A stretch of 63,634 bases of DNA, filler included, from Octopus bimaculoides (Eukaryota): assembly GCF_001194135.2 (NCBI RefSeq). It is 4 parts of 3 records of this genome, joined end to end, with 100 filler letters (N's around TTAATTAATTAA, not from the genome) between each part and the next. Parts side by side here need not be neighbours in the genome. Positions count along the whole stretch, not along the records: positions 1 to 21,271 come from NC_068984.1; positions 21,372 to 52,201 come from NC_068982.1; 2 more parts are not named here. One strand, 5' to 3'. Below, piece after piece: positions 11,750-25,627 of this stretch. How positions within the stretch are numbered: position 1 is the first letter of the stretch; every line of letters begins with the position of its first letter. The notes under the pieces were generated by a model that was not told the DNA's origin, searched no databases, and saw only the letters and a program-made list of their open reading frames with translations. The position numbers and the translations under genes are program-made.

Positions 11750-12480
11750 GGTAACTCATCAACGAAGTAGTTGTTTCCTCCCACACTCTCTCACTCTCAC
11801 TGGCTCATTTTATTTTCTCCTACATAAGGAGAGACTGGTTGCCCTCCTTATATCATCTTTGATTTTTCTCAAAATATACTTGATTACTGGCCCAATTTCC
11901 GATTTACCTGGGTTAATCAGGTGGCATTTGGGATTGAAAGCGAAGTTCGGTTTTTGATCTTTGATGGCATTAAACATATTTCTCGTACCTAATTCTTCCA
12001 TCCAGTCGGCTACTCCTAGATTGCTGGATAACTGTTTGGATTCGTTGTTTATGCTATTGTATGTGTGCTGTTAAGCTTGTCTATAATTTTTTGTAATGGT
12101 ATTCTCTAACAGTTAATGGCATCTTCGCTATACAGGGTTTAAGTTTTTAGGGGAGGGGGTTATCAGAGAACAGTAAAGCCCAATCTAAATTTTTAAGGTG
12201 ATGTATAAGGGAAGAAAGCTTGCGTTGAAAAGGATTGATACCCAGTAGGTCCGCTTCGGAGGCCTCAAGGTCTTTGATTCTAGGTGGGATACTTCTGGAT
12301 CTGATGGTGTAACTGTTGACCCCCGAGGGTAGTGTAGCTTGGTAATAGAAGTATGCCTTCCATCTCATGCGCCTTATTAGATCGATGATCTTCTCGGGTA
12401 GCATCCTCATGTAATCCTCGTGTAGAGTTCGTTTGAAGGCCTGGGTATATTCAGTAAGCAAGATCTTATATGTCCATATC
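11750..12480 (-). mobile_element. Penelope-like element, N-terminal/RT region remnant
   Basis: LPEKIIDLIRRMRWKAYF..PPRIKDLEASEADL and AIKDQKPNFAFNPKCHLINPGKSEIG..ILRKI, matching the KDHK..NPK.RLINP.KSEIG motif of PLE RTs. Confidence 0.8.
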
Positions 12481-13070
12481 CATAAATAGAGTATCTTTTG
12501 TGACTATGAATATGCGCACAGCCGGCGTGGCAGCTATTAAACACAAATCAAGTGGTGGCCTATTGCTATACTTTTAGCGACAGGGGAGCGAGAAGAATCG
12601 ATCAGTTGTCCATGAATCTGAAAAAGAAGTATATTCTAAAACATTTTTTTGAGCAGTAATATCTTATGTAGTTGTTGGTTATGGCTGATCAGGAAATGAA
12701 GATTAGTTCCACGTCTATTATTACACTTGGCAATATGGGCGACTCATCGGACCTTATTTTCAAATGGAAGTAAAAATGGAGATAAAAATACTATGTTGGT
12801 CAGTTTGGTGGTAACCACCCAACCAAAACAAAATTAAAAAACAAACAAAAACCTGAAACGAAATTTTTTCGAAGCGGAAACCCTTTCTGGGAGAGACGGA
12901 GTTACCTCTCCTTGAATGTTACCATGTCTAACTAAAATGTACATGTACCTCGTAAATTCCTAGTCATTTTATGCCGAAACACTGTTTGTGTGCGAATGTG
13001 GGAGCATCTAACATACACGTGAGCGCACGCCACACGCGCGCATACACACACATACACGCANNNNNNNNNN

Positions 13071-14880
13071 TCTTGCTGAGGGAAACTGTAGGCTTCACAC
13101 TTCTTGATCAGCTTCTGAATTTTCTAATCGTTGCTGTAGGATCAGTCCTGGTGTCTACGTTTGTTCTGGCCCAGATGAGTGAGTGCAGTGTTGTACACCA
13201 CGTCTCTGAACATCACCCAGTCCTCCTCTACTCCCTTTGTACTAACGTCGATATGGCTGAACTTGCCCAGATCTTCGCTGAGGTTCTACTTCATATAGTG
13301 CCGTACCAATTTAGTGATGTTTAGTCGTTTGATTGTTGGCTTCCCTTGTGATTGCCTGTATGTCGAGTTTTTCGAGGATGAGTCTGTTATCTGTCTAGCA
13401 TTCAGCACCGCACATGGCCTTTGTTACCCTAACATCTTGTCTGTCCCGTCTTCTGACTATGACATAGTCTATTAGATACCAATGTTTGCTGCGTGGATGC
13501 ATCCAGATGTCTTTTTGTGGTTTGGCATGCAAAATGCTGTGTTGGTAATCAGCAGGTCATGTGCTGCACAGATCTTAAGCAGTAGATGATCGTTGCTGTT
13601 GCTCTTGCCAACTCCGTTTCTCCCAGCGATTCCCTTCCATGTTTGGTAGCCTGCACCAGTTCTGGTGTTGAAGTCGCCGAGAACGACGAGCTTGACATTA
13701 AGCACACCTACTCTGAGGGATCTCAAATCTTCATAAAACATATCTTTAACCTCCCCAGGCTTAGTCATAGTGAGAGTGTAAGCACTGATGATGGTGGAAT
13801 AGCCCTTTCATCTGAGGGAGAACCGCAGTCTGTCATTCATTTCTTTGGGGGAGCTGGTTAGCTTGCTGAACACACCAGATCTGATGGCAAAATCCACTCC
13901 TGCTTCACGACGTTCGTCGCTACTGCAGCTGCTCCAGAAGAAGGTGTAACCGGTTTTGATCCCAGTCCCTGACCTTTGTCTGTCAGCCTGGTATCGCTCA
14001 TAGCTGCAATTTTGCTCTACCGAGTTCTTTTACAAGTGTTTTCTGTCTCTCACGCCAGTTTGCTTTGGAGCTGTCCATGACATGCAGCGTTCACACATTT
14101 CATGTGTCACTGCTGAGCGCTGTCAACAATATCTTCATCTTAATGTTTCAAGCGTATGGTGAAGCGGGCTATATTTAGAGAACCTTTTCTAGCCCTGCCC
14201 TCAGGCCATGGAGGTGAGCAGATCAATCTTAGAGGGTGAAATCCTTAGACACAAAGGGATTGGTGAATGCTACAGCTACTTCAGTCAGTGGGGAGCGGCC
14301 CTATGTCCTAGGCTGCCTGCGTTTGTAATTACAGCCTCTAGTGCCTCCATACCTTCTACTTTGTCATTTTCCCATCGTCACAAGACTTGAAGGTGGGTTT
14401 GGGATGGTGTGATGTTTTGACTTGCGCGTGACATGGATTAAAAGTGAGGGATGGTTGCGCAACATCATCTGCCTCACTCTCTCGTCCGTCCGTTCCCATT
14501 TGATTCCAGTAGCAGGACGAGGTCAAGACAACTGTCCACCCCCCACAATGCTTGCAGATCCGCCTTCCTACCCGTTGTACTAATCTCGTGGTTTCCTCCA
14601 CACAGTCCGTCGGGTCCAGTCTTCACATACATTAGTAAAGAAGTCCTTGCTCGCAGAGGGTTGAAAGCTGTCAACTACTCTCACCACGCTTTAGCCGGCT
14701 TGTGGAAACCATTACCCGGGATGTGGCCGCAGTTTCATGCAGACAGCTTCGAGGAATCACAGGTGAGAGCTAGGTGTCATGTGAGGACCAAAGTGGACGA
14801 ACTACCTCGCAGAGCCACACTTGTTCTCCGATCAGAAGTACTACCCCATCCAGACGCTCACCACGCTGCTGCACTATATC
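13071..14880 (-). mobile_element. RTE/BovB-like LINE: 5' UTR and AP-endonuclease region (pseudogenized)
   Basis: GYTFFWSSCSSDERREAGVDFAIRS; KDMFYEDL..VVLGDFNTRTG..GVGKSNSNDHLLLKICAAHDLLITNT; HWYLIDYVIVRRRDRQDVRVTKAMCGAEC. Confidence 0.88.
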
Positions 14881-14884
14881 GAAC

Positions 14885-15197
14885 ATTGAATGAAGAATGC
14901 TGTTTTATTATAGAAATAACTTTAAATACTTTTGAGCAACAAACATTTTTATTCAAATACTCACTATGTGTATGAAATATATTGAACATCGAATGGAGAA
15001 TAAATGTTGCTTTATTATAAAAATTATTTGAAATGCTCAAACATTTTAAATAGCAAAACTTATTTTTTAATTAAACTACTCACCATGTTCATCGAATGAA
15101 GAATTCAGGTTGCTTTATTATAGAAATAACATAAAAAGATGTCCAGACATTTTGAAAGTAACAAACTAAATTTTTATTAAAATACTCACCATGTCTA
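14885..15197. repeat. Three diverged AT-rich tandem units of ~100-110 bp
   Basis: Recurring gaatg(a/g)agaat..tttattata(g/a)aa..aaatactcac(c/t)atgt. Confidence 0.6.
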
Positions 15198-15250
15198 TAA
15201 TTATTGTCAAGTGACAATTGTTTGTTATTGATTGCTATTTAACGTTATTG

Positions 15251-18200
15251 TTATCGACAGCTGTACTCTCCCTTAACCGGACAACAGGCGTTCAGCATAA
15301 ACCCACATTTCAGATATCTCCGGACACTGGACAATAGCGTGATGGACAGTTTCCCTATCCCCCCGCATCTTGGACAGGTCGGAGAGTGAGACTTTCCATG
15401 TCTTGCGAGTTTATCCCAAACGGGCAAGGCGCCCGTGTAACATTGCCAGGTCAAGGACTTTTGGAAATTGTCCAACGTTCTCAACCCGAATGTACGGTGG
15501 AACAAGCTGTCAAGTTGAATATGCCCGAGACCTAGAGTCGTCCCCAGGTCATCGTCACATTCAGACTCTACCAACCCACTATATAAAAAACGTGTAGAAC
15601 CCCCNNNNNNNNNNNNNNNNNNNNNNNNNNNNNNNNNNNNNNNNNNNNNNNNNNNNNNNNNNNNNNNNNNNNNNNNNNNNNNNNNNNNNNNNNNNNNNNN
15701 NNNNNNNNNNNNNNNNNNNNNNNNNNNNNNNNNNNNNNNNNNNNNNNNNNNNNNNNNNNNNNNNNNNNNNNNNNNNNNNNNNNNNNNNNNNNNNNNNNNN
15801 NNNNNNNNNNNNNNNNNNNNNNNNNNNNNNNNNNNNNNNNNNNNNNNNNNNNNNNNNNNNNNNNNNNNNNNNNNNNNNNNNNNNNNNNNNNNNNNNNNNN
15901 NNNNNNNNNNNNNNNNNNNNNNNNNNNNNNNNNNNNNNNNNNNNNNNNNNNNNNNNNNNNNNNNNNNNNNNNNNNNNNNNNNNNNNNNNNNNNNNNNNNN
16001 NNNNNNNNNNNNNNNNNNNNNNNNNNNNNNNNNNNNNNGCGATAAACACATTGGCCACCTCCGCCCTCCCTTTCAAGGATAGCCACCACCAAGACCAGGT
16101 GTTGACTATTGCAGCCACCTTGCTCGAAACCTCCGTCCAGTTCTTCTCTATCTGGAAGCCTGGTCCAAACCAGTCTTCCAGCAATTTAACCGGTTCCTCC
16201 GTCCAGCGCCTAATAATTCTGTCTGAAGGCATCGACTTGCCAACCCAGGTGCCGAGCTGCAAGCCGACCGGCTTTTCCCGGTTGATCTTTGCTCCTGCCA
16301 CCGTCTCTTAAACTTCAATAGCCTTACCCACTTCACGTAGGCGTGCTACTGTGGTAACGCTGATAGTGATATCGTCCGCATAAGCCGAAACAAATTCCTC
16401 TGATCCTGGTTCTCTCGGGATGTCACTGAACTTTCGCAGTAGAAGCTCAAGAGCCACCACATACGAAGGTGTTGAGAGCGGACATCCTTGACGAACCGAG
16501 CGTCTGATGCAGAATGGCTTCGAAAGGAAACCGTTCATCCGAACTATCGAGTCAATGTTGTGATACAGAGCGATGAACTACCCCCGAGGAAGCCAAGGCC
16601 CAGGTCAAACCGCGCAAGCACAGTCGCCAGGTATCGATGGTCGACCTTGTCAAAAGCTTTAGATTGGTCTAAATGCACCAATGCCCCACCTTTGTCAGAT
16701 TTATCACCAACCCTCTCTATGGTATGGCGAATAAGGTGGAGATTATCTTGAATGGTTCAGCCTGGGATGGCACATGTCTGCACCTCCCCGACTATGCCAT
16801 TCGCGACACGCGCCAACCGTTTTGTTAAAACCTTGGCCAAAATTTTCACGTCTGCGTTTAACAGAGTGATGGGCTTGAAATTATCTAAAACGTCCCCCTT
16901 GTCCGGGTCCTTTCTGATCAACGCAACAACTCCTCGGCGCACAGATCTGGGGATAAACCCATTTTGTTGCCAGTTTGCGTACACGATAGCCAGTAGGTGC
17001 CCGAACAAGTCTGGCATACATCTATATAGCTCGTAAAGAAGACCATCAAGTCCTGGCGACTTAGCCGCTTTACAGTCAGCCATAGCCTCCATCACCTCCC
17101 CAGACGTGATCGACCCCTCGCAAGCCCCTGCATCTGACCCCGAGAGGCGTGGTAGCCTGGCAAGAAAGTCCTCGAGGACTTCCCTACCATCAGGACCGCC
17201 ATCACTCCCGAACACATTTCCTCGGGTTCGTTTACCAAGACACCATTTTGATTCGTCATAGACCGAATAGTGGAACTATATCCTTGTCGAGCTTGCCCCA
17301 TTCGGGCCCATCCAGCGGCCTTGATTCCTTCACTTCCCATCGCACGTAACTTAGCTCTGGTAATACTTCCCATGTGTTGGGTTTCAAGATACTGGTTCAA
17401 CTCCAGTCTCTTTACCTTCACTTGGTCCGCATTACCAGACCTCACAGCTTCTTCTAGTTCCTTAACTATACCATCACTTATTCTACGTACTTTCTTAGCT
17501 AAACTTATGCTAAACCTAATAGACTCATATTTTATGGCTCTTTTTAGGGCGTACCACCATTTATTATTAATGATGGTACCTGTTAATGCCCTCTAAATTA
17601 ACTTCTTGATCTGCTTTCTGTACTCCTCAATCGCCATAAGGGACGTATTGAGTTTTCAGTAGCCAGATCCCTGTCTATGTAACTTATCTACTGTCAGCTT
17701 ACGGGTAACCATATTGTGATCACTGTAACTGACTAGATGAAATTGTGGATACTTAGCTATGCAATTATCTGTTTTTCTAATTAAAAACCTATCTATATAT
17801 GTTCTGGAAGACCCATCACTATTTGACCACGTCCACTGTGGAGTGTTCGGATGTTCCAACCTATATGGATCAGCCAATTGAAAGTGACTTAGCAGATCTC
17901 GAAAACCAGGGTTACATTTTCTATTCATGTTCGAGCCAACACAATCTGTGCGTGCGTCACAAATTGTGTTAAAGTCTCCTATCAATGCTAGCGAATGCGA
18001 CGTAGCCAGGAACTTGCCCAGGTCACGAAAATATTCACTTTGCGGACCCATAACGTTGGGTGCATAAATTGCAACTAGCCTGATTATTTTGCCACAACTG
18101 AATGTCAGGTCAAATTCATAATTTTTATATTTTTCTGATAGTTCAAGTAGCCTAGTGACTGAGTTTTTCGTTTTTATACCACGCATTAAGTCTTCGTTTT

Positions 18201-19430
18201 TGCTGTATAGTGCAACTATTCCTCTGTCCGTCTCACCCTCCGCCATCCTCGGTTTGACTTTCTTAGCTGTCTTTTTTGGTCTCGGCTCGCTCTGCTTTTG
18301 CAGGTTCGAGCCTTCCATTTTCCTTTTGTTTATTTTTCCTTCAGCTTCCCTCTCTCTTTCTTCCCCCTCACCGTCCGATTCTTTTTCACCTTCTTTACAA
18401 TAGTTTTAATGTGACTCAGTTGGCCACACTGGAAACATCGGAGCTTACGCCCCACAACAAAAATATTCAGAACTTCCTCCTCTACTTCTACTATTTCTGG
18501 GAGCTGTTCTAAAATTTTCTGCTCTGCCTGCATTAGCAGGTTGAGCGTTTGTCCAGTCCAGTATGTATTCTCTGTGACGGTAGCCTGCAGGAGGTTTATA
18601 TTATCCTCCCTGTTTGCCAGGACTGACGCCATCAAGCACATAGGGTTTACTCCGGGTGGAATTCTTGGTATTCTAACCTTAGATGTCCTCATTCCCATGT
18701 AAATTAGGATTAATATCGTGTCTCCCGACTCTAATGATTTTACAGAGTATTGTTGGAGTATTGTTGGGCCGTTTCTGCTTTCTTGAATCTCACCTCGATG
18801 GTTCCAAACTTCTTCCTTCTGGCTAGGTATGTAATATCCTGCCAGATGGTTTTAAACATTTAAAAATTTTCTGCTCACATATCTTGTCAATTTTTCGAGC
18901 TTTTAAGCAGATTGTCTTAAAAATAATAATTTTCCTTTTTTCTGCCGTTAATTGTTCTTCTGGTATTTCCACTTTTACCACTCCATCTCTTACCGTTATC
19001 ATTTCCTTGTATTTTAATAATTCTTTTTTGTCAGTTGAAATCTGTTGCGTTCCACTACCAGCTGCTGACGCAAAACTTTTTCTTTCTTCATTTTGAATAG
19101 TATTTGCTTCTATATTTCTTTTGGTACCCGTAACTTTTGGTAATGCAAGGAACTCACTTTCCGAAACATCAGAAATGTTATCAAAAATTAAACTTTCAAT
19201 CTTCCTTGCTTCCCGCTCGGTTGATGAATTTCACCCGACGAAGACACACTTTTCGGCATCTTGCCGGCAATTAATGTTTTCACCCACAGGGGAAAACCAC
19301 AGATAGCTTTCGAAAGAAAACTATAATACAATTTTTAAGCAATAAGTCCAGCAATAGGCACAAGAGGTATAACGATATAACAATTAACAGAAACTTACTT
19401 TACGAGCACACTCCAACAATAAATTTTCAA
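15251..19430 (-). mobile_element. Tx1/L1-clade LINE (ORF1 with CCHC knuckle; ORF2 EN-RT-Cys region), multiple stops/frameshifts, spans an N gap
   Basis: ORF1 RCFQCGQLSH; EN RLVAIYAPN..LIGDFN..RTYIDRFL..SDH; RT KSPGLDGL..DNFKPITLLNADVKILAKVL, RSVRQGCPLS, SAYADDIT; C-terminal TCPRCGG. Confidence 0.92.
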
Positions 19431-19435
19431 TAACA

Positions 19436-19497
19436 GACAGACGAAATACCGCTAAGCATTTCGCTCCGCGTGCTAACGATTCTGACAACTCGCCGCG
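19436..19497 (-). mobile_element. 5' head of SINE family B, truncated against the Tx1 5' end
   Basis: Minus strand ggcgagttgtcagaatcgttagcacgcggagcgaaatgcttagcggtatttcgtctgtct matches the copies at 47105 and 59258-59927. Confidence 0.75.
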
Positions 19498-19751
19498 TGG
19501 AGAGTGTTTGTGGAGGAATGAGTGAATTTGATGTTGCTCAAAGGGGTACAGAACCAGCATGATGCGGCGGTGAGGGGTGGGGGGTAAACCAGTATATGGT
19601 AACGAGCCCCGCTGCTGATATCGGGGGTTACGTTCTATGCCTTGACCGGGACTCACCTCTTTGAGGTGGGAAATGAATGGAATGCCTGATGTGTGTCTTG
19701 TTGTGGCTACCTACTCCCCCAAAAATGGGGAATAAGCCTGGATATATACAT

Positions 19752-19754
<3 letters not shown>

Positions 19755-19843
<89 letters not shown>
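19755..19843. repeat. (CA)n microsatellite (one of many CA/TA/TATG/TATC/TTA arrays across the window)
   Basis: Direct inspection. Confidence 0.98.
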
Positions 19844-19846
<3 letters not shown>

Positions 19847-21029
19847 CACACATAATGTCTATCTATTTATTTCTGTCTCTCCCCTCTCTCTATATGTATG
19901 TATATCATGGTTCAGTTTATTTCAAGATTTCTTGCCACTATGTATGTATGTATGTATGCATGTATGCATGTATGTATGAATGTATATATGCAATATATGT
20001 ATTCATGGATATATTGCAAGCATGCATGGGAAGCGTGCTCACTCCCGAAAGTAGATGTCTGTTGCGTGTAGAAAATTCTAAATTCCTAATCCCCAGACAA
20101 AACTTGTTACGTATAATAATACATGTGTTGGACCAGAAATGTGAAACGGAGGCACAATATATGAAAAGTTGTCTTCAGTGCATGCACGCCCCCCCCCCCC
20201 AGGCCATTATGTAAATTTCATTGTGTTGTGTGTCCGAATTCACAAAATTCATAATTTTTAAGGAACTATTCCATCTGTTAAACACACCATGTTCCAAATT
20301 AGTGTTCGTTTTCGTTCTGTCTGTTAAACATCTTGTATTTATATTAAATGTATAAATGTGTTTTCTTGAACAATCCTATATCAATTTATGAACAATCCTG
20401 TATCAATTTATGATTGGACTCGCATTTTTTTCAGTAAATAACTCATCTAGACAGTGTTTGTATTGAGTTAATTACTTGTTTACGCAAACTTTTCCCTAAA
20501 ACAGAGATATTTTTCCTTTGATATATTAATTTCTTTTGAATATATTCTTTTCATCCTTTTGTCTTGAATTTTATACATTCAAAAAGAAATAGATCAACTG
20601 AAACTATCTCTGATCATTATCTGCAAAGTACTGAGAAAAAATAAAAATTCTTCTTGTATTTTTATCCAGAAAAAGTATATGTAGGAATGTTTACAGGAAC
20701 ATTTAACTAAATGCTTTACAAATTATGGCTATTTATTTCTCATCCTCTACACCTTAGTCATCTAAAGGACACTTCTACCTTATATACACATTAGACGTTA
20801 AACGAGAAAGAATTTCAGCTCCAGTATTAACCTCTTAAAGGAAAATATTCGATTTGCCTATGATGCAGCAAAGTCTTCGTGAACTTTTTGTTGCTTTTTA
20901 TTGGTATTTCTGCTATCTTCCAACCAGAACTGAAAAAAATTGATTGGGTGTATTCGATTAAATACATTGATTCTCCATGTGAAACCAAGGCCATATTATA
21001 TTTATAGTATATTGTGTTCCATTTTAAGT

Positions 21030-21245
21030 CATTCTTTCTTTCATTCTTTCATTTGTTTCAGCCATTTGATTGCGGCCATGCTGGGGCACCGCCTTTAGTT
21101 GAACAAATCGATCCCAGGACTTATTATTTGTAAGCCTAGTACTTATTCTATCGGTCTCTTTTGCCGAACCGGTAAGTTGCGGGAACGAAAACGCACCAAT
21201 ATCGGTTGTCAAGTAATGGTGTTGGGACAAACGCAGACACACAAA
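21030..21245 (-). mobile_element. 3' half of SINE family A
   Basis: Reverse complement of ttgacaaccgat..gttcggcaa..gaataagtactagg..aaaggcggtgccccagcatggccgc seen at 45195-45345. Confidence 0.8.
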
Positions 21246-21470
21246 CATATATATATATATATATATATATANNNNNNNNNNNNNNNNNNNNNNNNNNNNN
21301 NNNNNNNNNNNNNNNTTAATTAATTAANNNNNNNNNNNNNNNNNNNNNNNNNNNNNNNNNNNNNNNNNNNNGTGTGCGTGCGTGTGTGTATATAAATGAA
21401 TGTAGTTATGTAGGTATAGATATGTATATTTGTGTGTGCAATATATGTATTACGATTCATATATGTACGC

Positions 21471-21522
<52 letters not shown>

Positions 21523-22052
21523 TAAAATGTGAAATGGAGGGATTGATGTATTTAACAACAAATTTTAATGGACTTTTCCTCAGAAGACTATTGTAGACTA
21601 AAATTAGACAAATTATCACCAAGTTGTAAAGTAAAAGTAAACTATAGGAGCCATTGTTTGTAACTGAAAAGGCTAAACCATTTACTATTGATTAATAAAT
21701 ATTAAATTATAGATGAAACAATATAGCACACAACGTCTAAGTGATTTGAAATGTATGGATCGAGAAGAAACAATCACGTTGCTCATTGCAAGGCGTAAAG
21801 TTTTCCTCTCATTCGTTTGCCATGCTGAATAACAGAACAGGTATGAAATCAAAATTAGCCCCACTATCGGCTGTAAGTCAGTCCTCTGAACATTACTGAC
21901 ATGAGTCCTATGTCCCTTACTCGCTTAGTCTGTAGCCGTGGCGTGTAGGTGACTGAGATTCCAATGTTCCTACTTATTGGGTTGCCATGCTGTTGCAGGT
22001 TATTTGCTTATAGCTTACTGGACTGGAGTAACGTGAAATGAAGTGTTTGCTT

Positions 22053-22114
<62 letters not shown>

Positions 22115-22913
22115 NNNNNNNNNNNNNNNNNNNNNNNNNNNNNNNNNNNNNNNNNNNNNNNNNNNNNNNNNNNNNNNNNNNNNNNNNNNNNNNNNNNNNN
22201 NNNNNNNNNNNNNNNNNNNNNNNNNNNNNNNNNNNNNNNNNNNNNNNNNNNNNNNNNNNNNNNNNNNNNNNNNNNNNNNNNNNNNNNNNNNNNNNNNNNN
22301 NNNNNNNNNNNNNNNNNNNNNNNNNNNNNNNNNNNNNNNNNNNNNNNNNNNNNNNNNNNNNNNNNNNNNNNNNNNNNNNNNNNNNNNNNNNNNNNNNNNN
22401 NNNNNNNNNNNNNNNNNNNNNNNNNNNNNNNNNNNNNNNNNNNNNNNNNNNNNNNNNNNNNNNNNNNNNNNNNNNNNNNNNNNNNNNNNNNNNNNNNNNN
22501 NNNNNNNNNNNNNNNNNNNNNNNNNNNNNNNNNNNNNNNNNNNNNNNNNNNNNNNNNNNNNNNNNNNNNNNNNNNNNNNNNNNNNNNNNNNNNNNNNNNN
22601 NNNNNNNNNNNNNNNNNNNNNNNNNNNNNNNNNNNNNNNNNNNNNNNNNNNNNNNNNNNNNNNNNNNNNNNNNNNNNNNNNNNNNNNNNNNNNNNNNNNN
22701 NNNNNNNNNNNNNNNNNNNNNNNNNNNNNNNNNNNNNNNNNNNNNNNNNNNNNNNNNNNNNNNNNNNNNNNNNNNNNNNNNNNNNNNNNNNTACATATAT
22801 GAATGCGTAATACATATATTGCACACACACACAAATATACATATCTATACCTACATAACTATATTCATTTATATGCACACGCGCACGCACGCCACTCACA
22901 CACACACACACAT

Positions 22914-22944
<31 letters not shown>

Positions 22945-23117
22945 CATACATACATACAAACACACACTTCAAGCTACTGTTGGTGCCATGTCTACACTAA
23001 ATTCTAGTTTATCTCATTCTATTTCTCCCGTCTGGTGTAAATACACGGACACACGCACATAGCGAGAGTGAGAGAGAGAGTGAGAGTGAGAGAGAGAGGG
23101 AGAGAGAGAGAGAGAGG

Positions 23118-23149
<32 letters not shown>

Positions 23150-23339
23150 AAGAAACGGAAAGAGGGAGACAGATAGAGAAATACATACATACCTACCGAC
23201 ATAAATACATACATTCATATAGAAGCTCACGCACACACGCATACAGCCACCCACCTAAACGTACAAGAAGGTTGTGTGTATGCGCGTATGTTCATATACA
23301 CGTATACTTATCTATATGTGTGCATGTATATATGCGTAC

Positions 23340-23572
23340 ACACACATACGTACATACATTCATACACACATAGATACATATATGTACATACAAGCATATA
23401 TACGTATGTATATATATACATACACACATACATACATACAAACACACACATATATATATACGTACATACATTCATACACACATAGATACATATATGTACA
23501 TGCAAGCATATATACGTATGTATATATATATACATACACACATACATACATACAAACGCACACACATACGTA

Positions 23573-23619
<47 letters not shown>

Positions 23620-24520
23620 NNNNNNNNNNNNNNNNNNNNNNNNNNNNNNNNNNNNNNNNNNNNNNNNNNNNNNNNNNNNNNNNNNNNNNNNNNNNNNNNN
23701 NNNNNNNNNNNNNNNNNNNNNNNNNNNNNNNNNNNNNNNNNNNNNNNNNNNNNNNNNNNNNNNNNNNNNNNNNNNNNNNNNNNNNNNNNNNNNNNNNNNN
23801 NNNNNNNNNNNNNNNNNNNNNNNNNNNNNNNNNNNNNNNNNNNNNNNNNNNNNNNNNNNNNNNNNNNNNNNNNNNNNNNNNNNNNNNNNNNNNNNNNNNN
23901 NNNNNNNNNNNNNNNNNNNNNNNNNNNNNNNNNNNNNNNNNNNNNNNNNNNNNNNNNNNNNNNNNNNNNNNNNNNNNNNNNNNNNNNNNNNNNNNNNNNN
24001 NNNNNNNNNNNNNNNNNNNNNNNNNNNNNNNNNNNNNNNNNNNNNNNNNNNNNNNNNNNNNNNNNNNNNNNNNNNNNNNNNNNNNNNNNNNNNNNNNNNN
24101 NNNNNNNNNNNNNNNNNNNNNNNNNNNNNNNNNNNNNNNNNNNNNNNNNNNNNNNNNNNNNNNNNNNNNNNNNNNNNNNNNNNNNNNNNNNNNNNNNNNN
24201 NNNNNNNNNNNNNNNNNNNNNNNNNNNNNNNNNNNNNNNNNNNNNNNNNNNNNNNNNNNNNNNNNNNNNNNNNNNNNNNNNNNNNNNNNNNNNNNNNNNN
24301 NNNNNNNNNNNNNNNNNNNNNNNNNNNNNNNNNNNNNNNNNNNNNNNNNNNNNNNNNNNNNNNNNNNNNNNNNNNNNNNNNNNNNNNNNNNNNNNNNNNN
24401 NNNNNNNNNNNNNNNNNNNNNNNNNNNNNTCATACACACATAGATACATATATGTACATGCAAGCATATATACGTATGTATATATATATACATACACACA
24501 CATACTGCTACATACACGCA
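23340..24520. repeat. Compound (TA/CA) minisatellite with ~110-bp higher-order unit, copies on both sides of an N gap
   Basis: Unit tcatacacacatagatacatatatgtacat.caagcatatatacgtatgtatatatatacatacacacatac at ~23360, ~23471 and ~24430. Confidence 0.75.
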
Positions 24521-24593
24521 CATATATGTATGCATATGTATGCGCACACATGTACTCATATACATGTATATAGTTAATAAATACTCACATGCA

Positions 24594-24631
<38 letters not shown>

Positions 24632-24981
24632 GTGTTGGTGTTGGTGTGCGCGCGAGTATACGTGCATGCTTATATGTGCATGTGTTTGTGTGTGCGTGTG
24701 TGCACTGGCACCGTGAGTGTACAGGTGGGTGAGTGTATGAAAGGTTACAGGATTAGCGGGGAAGTAAGTTATATTTAGGAGGCGAAAGGCGGCAGCTGGG
24801 TTTCGATGCTGACTTCGTAAATAAACATTCGCCCGCAATGGAGGAAATTAAACGAGAAAATAAGAAATGAACTGGGCGTATAGAAGGTATAAAAATGTCA
24901 CAAAATATTTCTCTTACTTTTTCTATTCCCCCTCCTTTTCCCCACCACCGTCCCTCTTTAACCATCTGCGTACCTATCCAC

Positions 24982-25025
<44 letters not shown>

Positions 25026-25152
25026 GTGTGTGTATGTGTGTGTGTGTGAACGTGTATGTGTGTATATTTATATATATATATGCATACATACAAACACATA
25101 TATGCATACAAACATACAAATATACATGAATACATAGATGTATAGATATGAG

Positions 25153-25184
<32 letters not shown>

Positions 25185-25252
25185 TATCATTGTATATATT
25201 CTTTCCCAGGATTCAGTAATTCGACTACGGACACGCTGGGCACCACCTTCAT

Positions 25253-25627
25253 TATTGATTATTATTATTATTGTTATTATTATTATTATTATTCAGTAGT
25301 TTTATTTTTATAACGTGCTTTCACTTCACTACCGAGCGCAGCTCTGTGCGCCTTGGGTATGTGCTGTGGTTTGCTGTGGTGCTATTATGTTTACTGTATT
25401 GAAAGTGTTTTGCGTAGAATGTGTGCAGTACCCAGTAGTGCAATTTTCTGTATGTTATATATATTTGTAAGTCCTGGTATTTTTGTTATGTATTTGTCTG
25501 AATGTTTTTTTATTATACCTAAGGCACCTACTATGATAGGAATTGTTTCTGTTTTTAGATTCCACATTCGAGTTATCTCTATTTCCAGGTCTTTGTATTT
25601 TGAAAGTTTTTCCATTTCTTTTAGAGA
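25253..25627 (-). mobile_element. RLE-type LINE (R4/Dong-like) 3' end with (AAT)n tail
   Basis: EKLSKYKDLEIEITRMWNLKTETIPIIVGALGII..IQKIALLGTAHILRKTLS*, short 3' UTR, then (AAT)n. Beyond the gap the sequence resumes in (TTC)n(TTA)n at 26163-26267. Confidence 0.85.

Noticed and set aside
14660-14880. HDV-like ribozyme in the RTE 5' UTR
   Set aside because: Partial P1/P3-like pairings and a CTAA segment exist, but I could not build P1.1 or a consistent double pseudoknot by hand; an RNAMotif/Infernal search is needed.
20540-21000. Very degraded hAT-like transposase on the minus strand
   Set aside because: Only weak motif resemblance across many stops and frameshifts; not supportable.
21316-21327. 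TTAATTAATTAA island inside N runs (also 52246-52257 and 61615-61626)
   Set aside because: An identical 12-mer with stops in all six frames, centred in gaps; this is an assembly/scaffolding spacer, not biology.
19628-24838. Long ORF-track entries rich in HT/CV/YI/X
   Set aside because: Translations of (CA)n, (TA)n and N gaps; no coding signal. The same applies to similar ORFs throughout the window.
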